Assembly (NCBI GenBank): GCA_963728205.1
Contig: CAVSIV010000001.1
Span: 1 to 64,000 of the forward strand
DNA: 64,000 nt
DNA from: an uncultured Chloroflexia bacterium
Lineage (GTDB): Bacteria > Chloroflexota > Dehalococcoidia > UBA2979
Direction of reading: 5' to 3'
In this document: positions 20,399 to 31,645 of the stretch, in pieces
Layout: each line of letters opens with the position of its first letter
Numbering within the stretch: position 1 is the first letter of the stretch
Made by a program: the position numbers and the translations under genes
The notes under the pieces: model-generated
The model's input: only the letters and a program-made list of their open reading frames with translations
The model's database searches: none
What the model was told of the DNA's origin: nothing

Positions 20399-20828
20399 GT
20401 CGTCCCTCTTTCCATGCGCACCGGGTGCGCTGCGCCCCCGTCCGGCGCCTCGCGCCTGGTGCGGCGCGGCCGCGCGTGCGTGGTCGGCGGCGGCGTCCGC
20501 CGCGGCGGCGCGTGCGAGCCCCGGAGATCGCGGACCGTCGCCGTCGCCCGCGCCGAGCGATGCGCCGGTGATGCCGAGGACCATCGACGGCCCACGGATC
20601 GGACCGACGTCGCGGCGCGCGCCCGCCCGAAGTCGTGCGGCCGGCATGTCTCCGGCGCACATTGAATGCCACGGCGGCGGTCCCGTACATCAGCATTGCG
20701 ATGAGGCGTGCCATCGTGCGCTTGCCGGGTCGTCACCGCGGAGGCGTCGATCACGAGCGCTCCCCCGCGTGGAGCGGCGCGGCGGCGGGGATGTAGCATG
20801 GCCGCCTGCTCGCCGAGGGAGGCAAGAC

Positions 20829-21329
20829 GTGGCACGCATCTCGCGCAAGATCGCACTGACCGACGACGAGCTGAACGCGCTCATGACGTCGACCTGGAAC
20901 ATGCGCATCGCAACGCTCGGCGCGGGCGGGCGCATCAACCTGACGCCGATGTGGTTCGCCTGGGTGCAGGGCAAGATCTACTTCACGGGTCGCGGCCAGA
21001 AGATCGTCAACCTGCGTCGCAACCCGCGCGCGACGGTGCTCGTCGATCGCAACGAGCGCTTCCCGGAGCTCATCGGCGCGATGTTCCAGGGCGCGGCCCG
21101 CGTGCTCGAGAGCGCCGACGAGGAGCGCACGGACGCGGACCTCGAGGAGGCGCGCATGGTGATCGGGACGAAGTACGCGGGGGGCCACGGCGAGGCCGAT
21201 GCGCGGCCGCGCCGCAGCGAGGCGACCGCGGCCGGCGAGACGAACCGCTGGGTGGTGTTCACGCCGGAGCGGCTCGTGACGTGGGACAACGCGAAGATCG
21301 CCGCGCTGCGCGCGGCGCGGGGCGGATAG
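20829..21329 (+). CDS. pyridoxamine 5'-phosphate oxidase-like (PPOX/FDOR) split-barrel protein
   Basis: RIATLG..INLTPMWF, QKIVNLRRNPRATVLVD, VTWDNAK. GTG start with GGAGG. Confidence 0.85.
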   Translation: MARISRKIALTDDELNALMTSTWNMRIATLGAGGRINLTPMWFAWVQGKIYFTGRGQKIVNLRRNPRATVLVDRNERFPELIGAMFQGAARVLESADEERTDADLEEARMVIGTKYAGGHGEADARPRRSEATAAGETNRWVVFTPERLVTWDNAKIAALRAARGG

Positions 21330-21457
21330 AAGCAACGTTCGAGCGAGGACGTTCGAGCCGCGCCTGGTGAAGGCGCCGGTTGCCGGGTGCGACTGGACGG
21401 GTCGAGTCGGAGGGCGGGACGCCCTCCGCTCGCCTCCCCGCGGCGCCTGCGTACCTC

Positions 21458-22357
<900 letters not shown>

Positions 22358-22769
22358 GGACAGACCCTCCCACAGGACCCACGCGCTCGTGTCGCCACCA
22401 CGCTAGCGGTGGGGTGGCCGCCCCGCCACCGGGGCCAGGCGTAACCCCGGAGATACCGTCGCCCGGCTCCGCCGTCGCCGCGCCGTCGAGGACGACCGGC
22501 TTGGGCGAGAGCGTCAGGGGGCAGTGCACGACCGCAGGGTGGGGGCTGCGCTCCGGGCGCGGTCATCGAACGAGATATGCGCAATGGCGCCCAGGTGACG
22601 GCGGACGGTCCGGGCGGCGCATCACGCCGGCGGCGCCGAGCGGCCGACGCGCCCGCGACTGGCGGCCGCTTGCCATCCCGGCCCGAAGGTCCCCCATAAC
22701 GTTCGACCCGCGGCCCTGAGCCGCCGCGCCGCGGTGCCGCACGATCCTCTTCGCAGAAGGAGGACTGCC

Positions 22770-23280
22770 ATGGTTGCCCGACCGCCCACCCCGTCCACGA
22801 CCGCCACCGGTGCCGACGTCGACGCCACGCGGGAGCGCGCCCGCGCCGACCTGCCCGAGGCGCTCGGCCGCGTGCTCGCCGACACGTTCGGCCTCTACCT
22901 GCAGACCCACCGCTACCACTGGAACGTGACCGGCGCGCAGTCCCGCACGCTGCACCTGATGTTCGAGGACCAGTACCGCGAGCTGTGGGAGGCGGTCGAC
23001 GCGATCGCCGAGCGCATGCGCGAGCTGGGGCTCGTGCCGCCCGCCAGCTACGCCGAGTTCACACGCCTGACGGCGCTGCCCGAGGACGCGGACGCGCCGG
23101 ACTCCGGCGCGATGGTCGACCGGCTGCGCGCCGGCCACGGCATCGTCGCGCGCACGGCGTGCCACGCGCTGGCGCTCGCGGACTGGGCCGGCGACCGCGT
23201 CACGGCCGATTCTGCTGACGCGCCGCGTCGCCGCGCACGACACCGCGGCGTGGACGCTCGGGAGCATGCGCACGGACTGA
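22770..23280 (+). CDS. dps: Dps family DNA-protection ferritin-like protein (one extra base near 23211)
   Basis: HRYHWNVTG..LHLMFEDQY..DAIAER. Removing one T gives TADLLTRRVAAHDTAAWTLGS..* ending at 23280. Strong AGGAGG RBS. Confidence 0.85.
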
Positions 23281-23638
23281 CAGCGCTTGCCGTCGGTTCC
23301 CGCACCGCGCCCGACGGGACGGCCGCGCACCCGGCCGTCGCGTCGCTGCACGTCCGGCGCTGCCCCGTGCGCGTGGTGCGCCGGGCGTGCGGGGCTCGTC
23401 GCCAATTGTTCTCCTGCGTACGCGTCCTCGCCGTTCTCTTGACCGGGCGGCCCGGGCGGATATTCTTCGTCCCGGGCACGGGACGGCCGCCGCTCGGCGT
23501 CTCCGGGCCAGGACGACTCCGCTACCACCCGCAGCGACCTCAGCCCGCCTCGACCTCCGGTGGAGGCGCGGGTGTCGCCTGCGCGCGGCGGCGGATCGCC
23601 CCCCACCCACAGGGCCGGGTTGAGAAGGAGAACGCCCC

Positions 23639-24439
23639 TTGGTGCTCAAGGCAATGCGAAGACGCTGGATGCGCTTCGGCTCGATTGGCCTCGTCGGCGC
23701 GATGCTGCTCGGCACCGCGGTGATCGCGAACGCGAGCAGCGGGCCGAGCACGCAGATCATGGCGTGCGTCCAGAACCACGGCCACGACGGTCCCGACGGC
23801 CATGGGAAGGCCGACGCCGGTCACGGCGCGACGATGTTCTACGTGACGTCCGCATCGGAGTGCAGCGGCAAGAACGAGTCGCTGCTGACGTGGAACGTCC
23901 AGGGTCCGCAGGGCGAAGTCGGGCCCGCCGGTCCTGCCGGCCCCGCCGGTCCGCAGGGCGACGTCGGACCGGCCGGGCCGGCGGGCCCCGCGGGTCCGCA
24001 GGGTGACACCGGTCCCGCCGGTCCGGCGGGCCCCGCGGGTCCGCAGGGTGACACCGGTCCCGCCGGTCCTGCCGGCCCGGCCGGCCCGCAGGGCGACGCG
24101 GGTCCCACCGGTCCCGCCGGTCCCGCCGGCCCCACGGGGCCGAAGGGCGACACCGGTCCCGCCGGCCCGGGCATCGAGGCGTACACGGTCGTCGTGAACC
24201 CGGATGGCACGACGCAGTTCGCGCACCCGGGCTTCTCGGTGACGCACGCGTCGACCGGCCAGTACACGGTCGCGTGGGCGGCCGGCACGTTCACCGGCGC
24301 CGCGCAGTGCTACATCCAGGGCATCGGCCAGAACGGCGTGATGAACCCGGAGGGCGCGAGCGGCAACGGCAGCGGTTCGTTCACCGTGACGTTCCCCGGG
24401 GACGCGCTGTTCACCGTGCTCTGCGCGAAGGTGCAGTAG
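23639..24439 (+). CDS. secreted collagen-like protein
   Basis: Signal peptide, Cys-containing N-domain, 30 uninterrupted Gly-X-Y triplets (23903-24172), beta-rich C-domain. Confidence 0.85.
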   Translation: MVLKAMRRRWMRFGSIGLVGAMLLGTAVIANASSGPSTQIMACVQNHGHDGPDGHGKADAGHGATMFYVTSASECSGKNESLLTWNVQGPQGEVGPAGPAGPAGPQGDVGPAGPAGPAGPQGDTGPAGPAGPAGPQGDTGPAGPAGPAGPQGDAGPTGPAGPAGPTGPKGDTGPAGPGIEAYTVVVNPDGTTQFAHPGFSVTHASTGQYTVAWAAGTFTGAAQCYIQGIGQNGVMNPEGASGNGSGSFTVTFPGDALFTVLCAKVQ

Positions 24440-24447
24440 CGATTGAC

Positions 24448-24483
24448 GCGGGGATGGGGCCGGCAGGCCGGCCCCATCCCCGC
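24448..24483 (+). terminator. 16-bp perfect stem hairpin after the collagen-like gene
   Basis: GCGGGGATGGGGCCGG-CAGG-CCGGCCCCATCCCCGC. Confidence 0.7.
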
Positions 24484-24868
24484 CAGTCCCCGCCGCCGGG
24501 CTCCCCCCCGCTCGCCGCTCCCGCCGCCTTCGCTCCGCGAGCTCGCGCGGCCTGCGATCCGAGCAGGTCCCCCGCCGCGTGCTACGGTGGATCTGGCGCA
24601 TTCGCACGCGCCCTCAGACTCCCCCGGCAGGCGCGTCCCGCACACGTCCCCCCTCTCGAGATTCGAGCTCGGAAGGCGCCCGGTCCAGATGGACCGCGGT
24701 CATCCATGCCGGCGGCCCCCCGGCGACAGAACCATCAACCCGAGCACCGCGCGTTCGCGCGAGCAGCGATGCTCGCGCGCCCACACGCGCCCCACACGCG
24801 AGCACCGACCGGCGGACCCCGCCGGCCGACCGCCTCGACCGCACGGCGCGAGGCAGAGGGAGCCAGGC

Positions 24869-27340
24869 ATGGCCGAACGCTTCGACAAGTTCTCCGAGCG
24901 CGCCCGTCGCGTCCTCACGCTCGCGCAGGAAGAAGCGCAGCGGTTCAACCACAACTACATCGGCACCGAGCACCTGCTGCTCGGCCTCGTGCGCGACACC
25001 GACAGCGTCGCGGCCACGGTCCTCGCCGCACTCGATGTGGACCTCGGCCGGGTGCGCGCCTCCGTCGAGGCGGTGGTCGGCCAGGGCGACCACGCCGCGA
25101 CCGAGGAGATCGGCCTCACGCCCCGCGCGAAGAAAGTGATCGAGCTGGCCGTCGAAGAGGCCCGCCGGCTCTCCCACTCGCGCATCGGCACCGAGCACCT
25201 CCTGCTCGGCCTGGTCCGCGAGGGCGAGGGCATCGCGGCCGGTGTGCTCGAGAGCTTCGGCGTCAGCTTCGAGCGCGTGCGCAGCGAGACCACGCGCGTG
25301 CTCGCCGAGCAGTCGCCGGCCGCCGGCGATGCGCCGGGCGTCGCCGCGCAGGGCGCGCGCGCCCTGCGCACCCCCACGCTCGACCAGCTGAGCGTCGACC
25401 TCACGGCGCGGGCGCGTGCGGGCCAGATCGACCCGATCGTCGGGCGCGAGCGTGAGATCGAGCGCGTCGTCCAGGTCCTCTCGCGGCGCCGCAAGAACAA
25501 CCCCGTGCTGATCGGCGAGCCCGGCGTCGGCAAGACCGCGATCGCCGAGGGGCTCGCGCGGCGCATCGTCGCGGGCGACGTGCCGGACACGCTGCTCGGC
25601 AAGCGCATGCTCACGCTCGACATCGGACTGCTCGTCGCCGGCACCAAGTACCGCGGCGAGTTCGAGGAGCGCCTGAAGCGCCTGATCGAGGAGATCCGCC
25701 TCTCCGGCAACTGCATCCTGTTCATCGACGAGCTGCACATGCTCGTCGGCGCCGGCGCGGCGGAGGGCTCGGTGGACGCCGCGAACATCCTCAAGCCCGC
25801 CCTCGCGCGCGGCGAGATCCACGCCATCGGCGCGACGACCTTCGACGAGTACCGCAAGTACATCGAGCGCGACGCCGCGCTCGCCCGCCGCTTCCAGCCG
25901 GTGCGCGTCGACGAGCCCACGATCGCGGAGTCGATCCAGATCCTCGAGGGCATCCGCAGCGCCTACGAGGCGCACCACCGGCTCACGATCTCCGACGCCG
26001 CGATCAAGGCGGCGTGCGAGCTCTCGGCGCGCTACGTCGCCGATCGCTTCCTGCCGGACAAGGCGATCGACCTGGTCGACGAGGCGGCGGCGCGCGTGCG
26101 CATCCGCCACGTCGCGATGCCGCCGGCCGTCCGCGAGGCGCTGGCGGACCTCAACGCGCTGCGCCGCGAGAAGGAGCGCGCGGCGGCGGACGAGCACTAC
26201 GACGACGCCGGCCGGCTGCGGGAGCGCGAGCTCGAGCTGCAGGCGACGCTCGATGCGCTGAAGGCGGAGGCCGAGGGCGGCCGCGGCGACGCACCGACCG
26301 TCGGCGAGGACGACATCCGCAACGTGATCGCGCAGTGGACCGGCGTGCCGCTCTCGCGCCTCGCGAAGGACGAGTCGGCGCGCCTGCTCGAGATGGAGGC
26401 GTTCCTGCGCGAGCGCGTGATCGGCCAGGAAGAGCCGATCCGCGCCGTGTCGCGCGCCGTGCGCCGCGCGAGCGCCGGCCTCAAGGACCCCAACCGCCCG
26501 ATCGGCGTCTTCATGTTCCTGGGGCCGACCGGCGTCGGGAAGACGTACCTCGCGCAGATGGTCGGCGAGTTCATGTTCGGGTCGAAGGACGACATCGTCC
26601 GCATCGACATGTCCGAGTTCATGGAAAAGCACTCGCTGTCGCGGCTCGTCGGCGCGCCCCCGGGCTACGTCGGCTACGAGGACGGCGGCCAGCTCACTGA
26701 CCTCGTACGACGCAAGGGGTACTGCCTGATCCTGCTCGACGAGATCGAGAAGGCGCACCCCGACGTCTTCAACATGCTGCTGCAGGTCTTCGACGACGGG
26801 CACCTGTCCGACGCGAAGGGCCGCAAGGTCGACTTCCGCAACACCGTGATCATCATGACGTCGAACGTCGGCTCCGACCTGATCCGCAAGAGCGGACGCG
26901 TCGGCTTCGCGACGGCGGGCGACGACACGGCCGGCGTGGAGGACGCCTACCGGCGGATGAAGGAGCGCGTCGACGCGGAGATGAAGCGGGTGTTCCGCCC
27001 GGAGTTCCTGAACCGCATCGACGGCGCGGTGGTGTTCCGGGCGCTCGAGCGCACGCACATCCGCCAGATCGTGAGCCGCGAGCTCGACGACCTGCGCGAC
27101 AACCTGCGCGCGAAGGGGATGTCGCTCGAGGTCACGGACGCGCTGCTCGACCACCTCGGCGACGACGGGTTCGACTCCGTCCTCGGCGTGCGCCCGCTGC
27201 GCCGCGTGATCCAGAACCAGGTCGAGGACCGGCTCTCGGATGCCGTGCTGCAGGGCGCGTTCGGGGCCGGGGACACCGTGCGGGTCGACTACGTCGATGG
27301 CGAGGTGCGCTTCGCGCCGCTCGCCGCCGCCGCCGTGTAG
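24869..27340 (+). CDS. clpC: ATP-dependent Clp protease ATP-binding subunit ClpC
   Basis: Two Clp-N repeats ([10 protein letters not shown]), Walker A motifs GEPGVGKT and [11 protein letters not shown]-like middle domain, [10 protein letters not shown]. Confidence 0.93.
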   Translation: MAERFDKFSERARRVLTLAQEEAQRFNHNYIGTEHLLLGLVRDTDSVAATVLAALDVDLGRVRASVEAVVGQGDHAATEEIGLTPRAKKVIELAVEEARRLSHSRIGTEHLLLGLVREGEGIAAGVLESFGVSFERVRSETTRVLAEQSPAAGDAPGVAAQGARALRTPTLDQLSVDLTARARAGQIDPIVGREREIERVVQVLSRRRKNNPVLIGEPGVGKTAIAEGLARRIVAGDVPDTLLGKRMLTLDIGLLVAGTKYRGEFEERLKRLIEEIRLSGNCILFIDELHMLVGAGAAEGSVDAANILKPALARGEIHAIGATTFDEYRKYIERDAALARRFQPVRVDEPTIAESIQILEGIRSAYEAHHRLTISDAAIKAACELSARYVADRFLPDKAIDLVDEAAARVRIRHVAMPPAVREALADLNALRREKERAAADEHYDDAGRLRERELELQATLDALKAEAEGGRGDAPTVGEDDIRNVIAQWTGVPLSRLAKDESARLLEMEAFLRERVIGQEEPIRAVSRAVRRASAGLKDPNRPIGVFMFLGPTGVGKTYLAQMVGEFMFGSKDDIVRIDMSEFMEKHSLSRLVGAPPGYVGYEDGGQLTDLVRRKGYCLILLDEIEKAHPDVFNMLLQVFDDGHLSDAKGRKVDFRNTVIIMTSNVGSDLIRKSGRVGFATAGDDTAGVEDAYRRMKERVDAEMKRVFRPEFLNRIDGAVVFRALERTHIRQIVSRELDDLRDNLRAKGMSLEVTDALLDHLGDDGFDSVLGVRPLRRVIQNQVEDRLSDAVLQGAFGAGDTVRVDYVDGEVRFAPLAAAAV

Positions 27341-27404
27341 CCGCCCGACCATCATCAGGGCTGCTCAGCCGCCCGGGCCGGCCCGGGCGTGGACGGGGGA
27401 ACGC

Positions 27405-27770
27405 TTGACCAACTCGACCTCGAGCTCCGCGAAGCTCACGCGCATCCGGGTGGGTGGACTGTCGCCGGTCGCGACCGACGCGGAGGTGCGCGCGCTGTTC
27501 GACGCCTACGGCCGGGTCGTCTCCTACGAGCGCGCGAGCGCGGGGACGGGGCGGGGGGGCGCGTTCGCGCACCTCGCGATGGCGCCGGCGGAGGCGGAGG
27601 CGGCGATCGCCGCGCTGCACGGGCACGAGGTCGGCGGAGCGCCGCTGCAGCTGAGCGTCGGGGGGCCGACGGGCGCGCAGACCGGCCCCGCCGACCGCCA
27701 CCCGGTATCGGCGCACCCGCGACGCACGGTGCTGCCGCCCTCGGAGCGATCCGGCCGCGCGGGCCGCTGA
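27405..27770 (+). CDS. RRM-fold (RNA-binding) protein, degenerate
   Basis: IRVGGL..TDAEVRALFDAYG.V..AFAHLAM..EAEAAIAALHGHEVGG..L.LS matches the RRM pattern. TTG start inferred. Confidence 0.7.
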   Translation: MTNSTSSSAKLTRIRVGGLSPVATDAEVRALFDAYGRVVSYERASAGTGRGGAFAHLAMAPAEAEAAIAALHGHEVGGAPLQLSVGGPTGAQTGPADRHPVSAHPRRTVLPPSERSGRAGR

Positions 27771-27906
27771 GCCGGGCGAGGAGCCTGCTCCACTCGACGC
27801 CCACGCCCGTAGACTGATCGCTGCGTGTCGCGCCGTTCGGCAGCGCGACGCCCCGCCCCGCCCGACGCGCCGCCGCCCGGCGCGAACCCGTTCCGAGAGG
27901 TGAGCC

Positions 27907-28260
27907 GTGCCGCAGAAGACCCAGCAGCAGATCGACCGCGAGGTCCAGCGCGACGCCTATTCGCGGCCCGCTCCCGGCGCGGGCGAGCAGCGGCGCGTGA
28001 CCGTCGTGATCGCGCTCAACAACACCGACTACCAGCAGTGGTTCAAGGACAACGGGAAGAACGCGAGCGACCGCAACTACGTGATGGCCACGCCGGCGAC
28101 GATGCGGGGCCTGCAGAACGCGCACGTCGAGGTGACGTCGCGCGGGATGTGGCGCAAGGACATCCACGAGATCATGGTCGCGCTCGTGCCGATGCTCGAC
28201 CGCCCGTCGGTGCTGAAGCTCGCCGGCATGGGGTGGGGCGGACCGGTGCCGTCGTCCTGA
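27907..28260 (+). CDS. hypothetical protein (117 aa)
   Basis: GAGG RBS, strong GC3 codon bias, balanced composition. No family recognised. Confidence 0.7.
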   Translation: MPQKTQQQIDREVQRDAYSRPAPGAGEQRRVTVVIALNNTDYQQWFKDNGKNASDRNYVMATPATMRGLQNAHVEVTSRGMWRKDIHEIMVALVPMLDRPSVLKLAGMGWGGPVPSS

Positions 28261-28290
28261 GCGGCGGCCGGCGCGACGTGCGACCCGCGG

Positions 28291-28299
28291 TGCTATCGT
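28291..28299 (+). promoter_or_regulatory. candidate extended -10 element
   Basis: TG-C-TATCGT about 35 nt upstream of the small ORF at 28333. Confidence 0.35.
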
Positions 28300-28332
28300 C
28301 GCAATACACCACCGTTCACCTGGAGGTTCGTC

Positions 28333-28446
28333 ATGGGTGACAAGAGCCCAAAGGACAAGGCCAAGCGCAAGCCCAAGGCGGCGAAGGGGCCCGCGGCCCC
28401 GGCGGCGCGCCCGGCCGCGCCCGCGCCCCGCAAGCCGTCGCGCTAA
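28333..28446 (+). CDS. small Lys/Pro/Ala-rich protein (37 aa)
   Basis: GGAGG 6 nt before ATG; [37 protein letters not shown]. Below the ORF-track length cutoff. Confidence 0.65.
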   Translation: MGDKSPKDKAKRKPKAAKGPAAPAARPAAPAPRKPSR

Positions 28447-28543
28447 CACGCGCTCGGCCGTCAGCAGCGACGCGCCGCCCGCAAGGGCGGCGCGTTTCGC
28501 GTCCGGCGCTCGCGGGCGCGGGAGCACCGCGGGTTCGCTCCGC

Positions 28544-28680
28544 TCAACGCGCTTCGAGCAGCGGCGTCAGTCGCGCAAGGTCCCGGCGCTGCGCTCGACG
28601 CATCGCGATCGGCAGGAAGAGTCCGAGGCGGCTCGGGACTTCGATCCGGACCGGTTGTCCCGCCTTGCGCAGACGGTCGC
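28544..28680 (-). pseudogene. probable C-terminal remnant of an SRPBCC-family protein
   Basis: GGTT/(shift)VRIEVPSRLGLFLPIAMRRAQRRDLARLTPLLEAR* resembles the terminal strand and helix of SRPBCC proteins. Confidence 0.4.
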
Positions 28681-28735
28681 GGTCGGCGAACGCGGATCGC
28701 GCAGCCGGCGCGAAACGGCGCCCGGCGTCGCTTCG

Positions 28736-29599
28736 CTAGGCGGCGCCGCCCTGGCCCAGCATCCACAGCCCGAGCGCGCCCTCGGCCATCCCCACGAGCT
28801 GCCGCTCGCCGCCGAAGTACTGCCTGATCACGGATGCGGCTTCGCGGTCGAGCCGGCGCGCGACGGCCGGTCCCGTCAGCGGGTCCTCGACGCCGAGGGC
28901 GTCGGCGGCGGCGACCGCCTGCCAGAGCGCGCGGGCGAGCGGACGCTCCGCGCGGAGCTCGGGCTCGTCGCGCACGAGCAGCGCCTCGCCCAGCTGCAAC
29001 GGCAGCCCCCAGCCGCTCACCAGCGCGACCGTCGCCTCGCGGACGGTGAAGCCGAGCACGCGCTCCTCGGCGGCCTCCGTCGCCGCGCCGCCGGCATGGA
29101 CGACCGCGTCGGCGAGCGCCGCGAGCAGCTCCGGCGCCTCGCTGTCGATGGCGAGCAGCCCCACCTGGTGCAGCATCCCGGCCGCGTACGCGAGGTCGCG
29201 CGCGTCCGAGCGGTCGTGCGTCGCGAGTCCCGCCGCGAGGCTGGCGACCACGGCCGCGCGCCGCCAGTAGGCGACGAAGTCGAGCGCGCCGAGCGACGCG
29301 GCGAGCACGTCCATCAGCACGACGCCGACGGCCGCGCAGTGGATCTGCCGGTAGCCGAGGCGCTGCATCGCGGCGTTCACGTTGCGCTGCTCGTCCGACT
29401 GCAGCCGCGGGTTCTGCGCGCCGAGCGAGCGCATGCGCCGGCTGAGGTCGGGATCGGCGAGCACGAGCGCCGACAGGCGTGCGGCGGACGCCGGGTCGTC
29501 TTCGCGCAGCGCGAGCAGATCGTGCAGGACGTGGGGGAGCGGGCGGCGTCGCACGAGGCGCGCGGCGATGGCCTCGGCGGTGAGCGGGGAGGGAGGCAT
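28736..29599 (-). CDS. standalone HDOD domain protein
   Basis: LPHVLHDLL..LSALVLADPDLSRR..AAMQRLG..YWRRA..AYAAGMLHQVG..WGLP. Confidence 0.8.
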   Translation of the reverse strand: MPPSPLTAEAIAARLVRRRPLPHVLHDLLALREDDPASAARLSALVLADPDLSRRMRSLGAQNPRLQSDEQRNVNAAMQRLGYRQIHCAAVGVVLMDVLAASLGALDFVAYWRRAAVVASLAAGLATHDRSDARDLAYAAGMLHQVGLLAIDSEAPELLAALADAVVHAGGAATEAAEERVLGFTVREATVALVSGWGLPLQLGEALLVRDEPELRAERPLARALWQAVAAADALGVEDPLTGPAVARRLDREAASVIRQYFGGERQLVGMAEGALGLWMLGQGGAA

Positions 29600-29723
29600 G
29601 CGGCGGCCGTCCTCGTTCGACGTCGTCTCCCGGCGGCCCACCGGGCGCGCCCGACCGGCGCGCAACCCACGCGCGCGACGCTACGGAGTGCATGCGTGCC
29701 GCGTCAACGGGCGCGGCACGACC

Positions 29724-30075
29724 TCAGGCGTGCGCGGCCGTGGCCGTCACGACCGCGGCGAGCTGCCGCCCCCAGCGCGTCGCCCGCTCCAGCTCGCCGT
29801 CCGCGAGCGGCCCCGTCGGCCCGGCGACCATGAAGTGCTCCGCCTTCGCCGCCGAGCGCAGCCCGCGCCGGCGCAGCCGCTGCTCGGTGCCTTTCGCGGC
29901 GCGGTCGAGCAGCCGCAGGAACCCCGGCTTCGCGAGCCGCGTGTCCCACGCCGCCGCCGCCACCTCGCGACGGCCGACCTCCAGCGTCTCGAGCCATTCG
30001 CGCAGGCCCGCGCCCCGGGACACGAGCGTGGTGCCGCCGTTCGTCGTGGCGGCCTCGGCGCGCGACGCTCGCGGA
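29724..30075 (-). pseudogene. 5'-truncated flavodoxin-like gene
   Basis: GLREWLETL..AAAWDTRL..EHFMVAGPTGPLADGELERATRWG matches the C-terminal half. The N-terminal FMN loop (S..GNT) is absent. Confidence 0.6.
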
Positions 30076-30333
30076 CCACGCTGGGCCGCGGTCGGCCGGT
30101 GAACAGGAGCGAACGTCCGCCGACGCGCCCGTTGAGCGTCACACCGCGCCCGGGCGCCGCCCGTGGGCGCCCGATCCCTTGAGATGCGGGCGGCGCCCGA
30201 TGGGCCGCACGCCGAGAACCCGCTATCGTTTTCATGATTGAACTGCCGGGTCGGCGAATCGGGTGGCGTGCCACGTGCGCGACGGCGATCGGGTGCTGAG
30301 CCGCTCTGACGGCGCATCGCGGCGGCCGGGCCG

Positions 30334-31641
30334 ATGATCGGCGCGCGCGCGTTGCGCTCGTTCTTCGAGGCACCGCCGGGATCGACCCGGACCGAGCGCC
30401 ACAACTTCCACTACGCGTATCGCGAGGCGGCGCTGATCGGCGTGATCAACGCCGGCGGCACGTTCCTGCCGGTGTTCCTCGTCCGGCTCGGCGCGTCGAC
30501 CGTGCAGGTCGGCATGCTCACGGCGCTGCCGGCGCTCACCGCCGTGCTGCTCGCGATCCCGATCGGCGCGTTCCTGCAGAGCCGGCGCAACATCATCCCG
30601 TGGTACAGCCGGGGCCGCATCGGCGGACAGGCGGCGTTCGGCGCGGCGGCGCTGGCGTCGCTGCTGCTGCCGGCGGCGTACGTCGTGCCGGGCATCCTCG
30701 TGCTGTGGGGCGCCGCCACGCTGTTCTCGACGACGACGAACGTCGCGTTCAACGTCGTGATGAACGCGCTTTCCGGAACGCGCGGGCGGTTCGAGCTGAT
30801 GAGCCGGCGGTGGTCGATCGTCGGCTTCGCGACGGCCGCGAGCCTGGCGGTGGTCGGCTGGCTGCTCGGACGCGTGCGCTTCCCGCTGAACTTCCAGCTG
30901 GTGTTCGCCGGGCTCTCGCTGCTGGGTCTGTGGGCGTACACGTTCGGGTCGAAGCTGATCGTCCCCGACCACCCGCGCGTGGAGCGGAGCCCCGATGGGC
31001 CGGCGCTGCGCGCCCGCGTGCGCGAGATGGCGGGGCGGGTGCGCGGGCAGCCGGCGTTCATCGGCTTCGAGGCGCGTCGCGTCGTCTACGCGATGGGCAC
31101 GACGATGGCCCTGCCGCTGATCCCGCTCTACTACGTGCACGTGCTGCACGCGTCGAACGGCTGGATCGGGCTGATCGGCACGGCGCAGGCGCTGATGTTG
31201 CTGGTCGGCTACGCGACGTGGCGGCGGCAGTCGCGCCTGCGTGGCGCGCGGTTCGTGCTGACGATCGCGACGGCGGGCGCGGCGCTCTACCCCGCGGCGC
31301 TCGGCGTCACGCACGGCGTGGAGATCGCGCTGCTGCTCGGCGGCGTGGGGGCCGTCTTCACGTCGGGCGTGAACCTGGCGATCTTCGATCGCCTGATGAC
31401 CACGGTGCCGGAGGGGTACGGCGTCACCTTCAACTCCATCGATACGACGGTGGCGAACGTGGCGGGACTCTCGGCGCCGCTGCTGGGGGCGTTCATCGCC
31501 GACCGCATCGGGCTCGGGGGGGCGCTGGCCGTGACCTCGCTGATCGGGCTGTGCGGTGCCGCGCTGTTCGCGCTCGACCGCACGCCGGCGCCGCCGGCGG
31601 GCGTGCCGGAGCCGGCGGGGGCGGCGGCGAGCGGCGGCTAA
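30334..31641 (+). CDS. MFS transporter
   Basis: About 12 hydrophobic segments in two halves; FLVRLGASTVQVGML. Confidence 0.85.
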   Translation: MIGARALRSFFEAPPGSTRTERHNFHYAYREAALIGVINAGGTFLPVFLVRLGASTVQVGMLTALPALTAVLLAIPIGAFLQSRRNIIPWYSRGRIGGQAAFGAAALASLLLPAAYVVPGILVLWGAATLFSTTTNVAFNVVMNALSGTRGRFELMSRRWSIVGFATAASLAVVGWLLGRVRFPLNFQLVFAGLSLLGLWAYTFGSKLIVPDHPRVERSPDGPALRARVREMAGRVRGQPAFIGFEARRVVYAMGTTMALPLIPLYYVHVLHASNGWIGLIGTAQALMLLVGYATWRRQSRLRGARFVLTIATAGAALYPAALGVTHGVEIALLLGGVGAVFTSGVNLAIFDRLMTTVPEGYGVTFNSIDTTVANVAGLSAPLLGAFIADRIGLGGALAVTSLIGLCGAALFALDRTPAPPAGVPEPAGAAASGG

Positions 31642-31645
31642 CCGG

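Noticed and set aside
20400-20800. Possible decayed small membrane gene (MARLIAMLMYGTAAVAFNV...) upstream of the SDR
   Set aside because: No consistent frame or recognisable family, so it is unsupported.
22734-23723. 329-aa Dps fusion with a novel C-terminal domain
   Set aside because: The extension comes from the extra base near 23211. The corrected frame gives a normal Dps ending at 23280.
28570-28672. RNase P or SRP-like RNA (GGAAGAGTCC word, GCGCAAGG/CCTTGCGC arms)
   Set aside because: It lacks the remaining conserved elements and is better explained as a decayed protein-coding tail on the minus strand.
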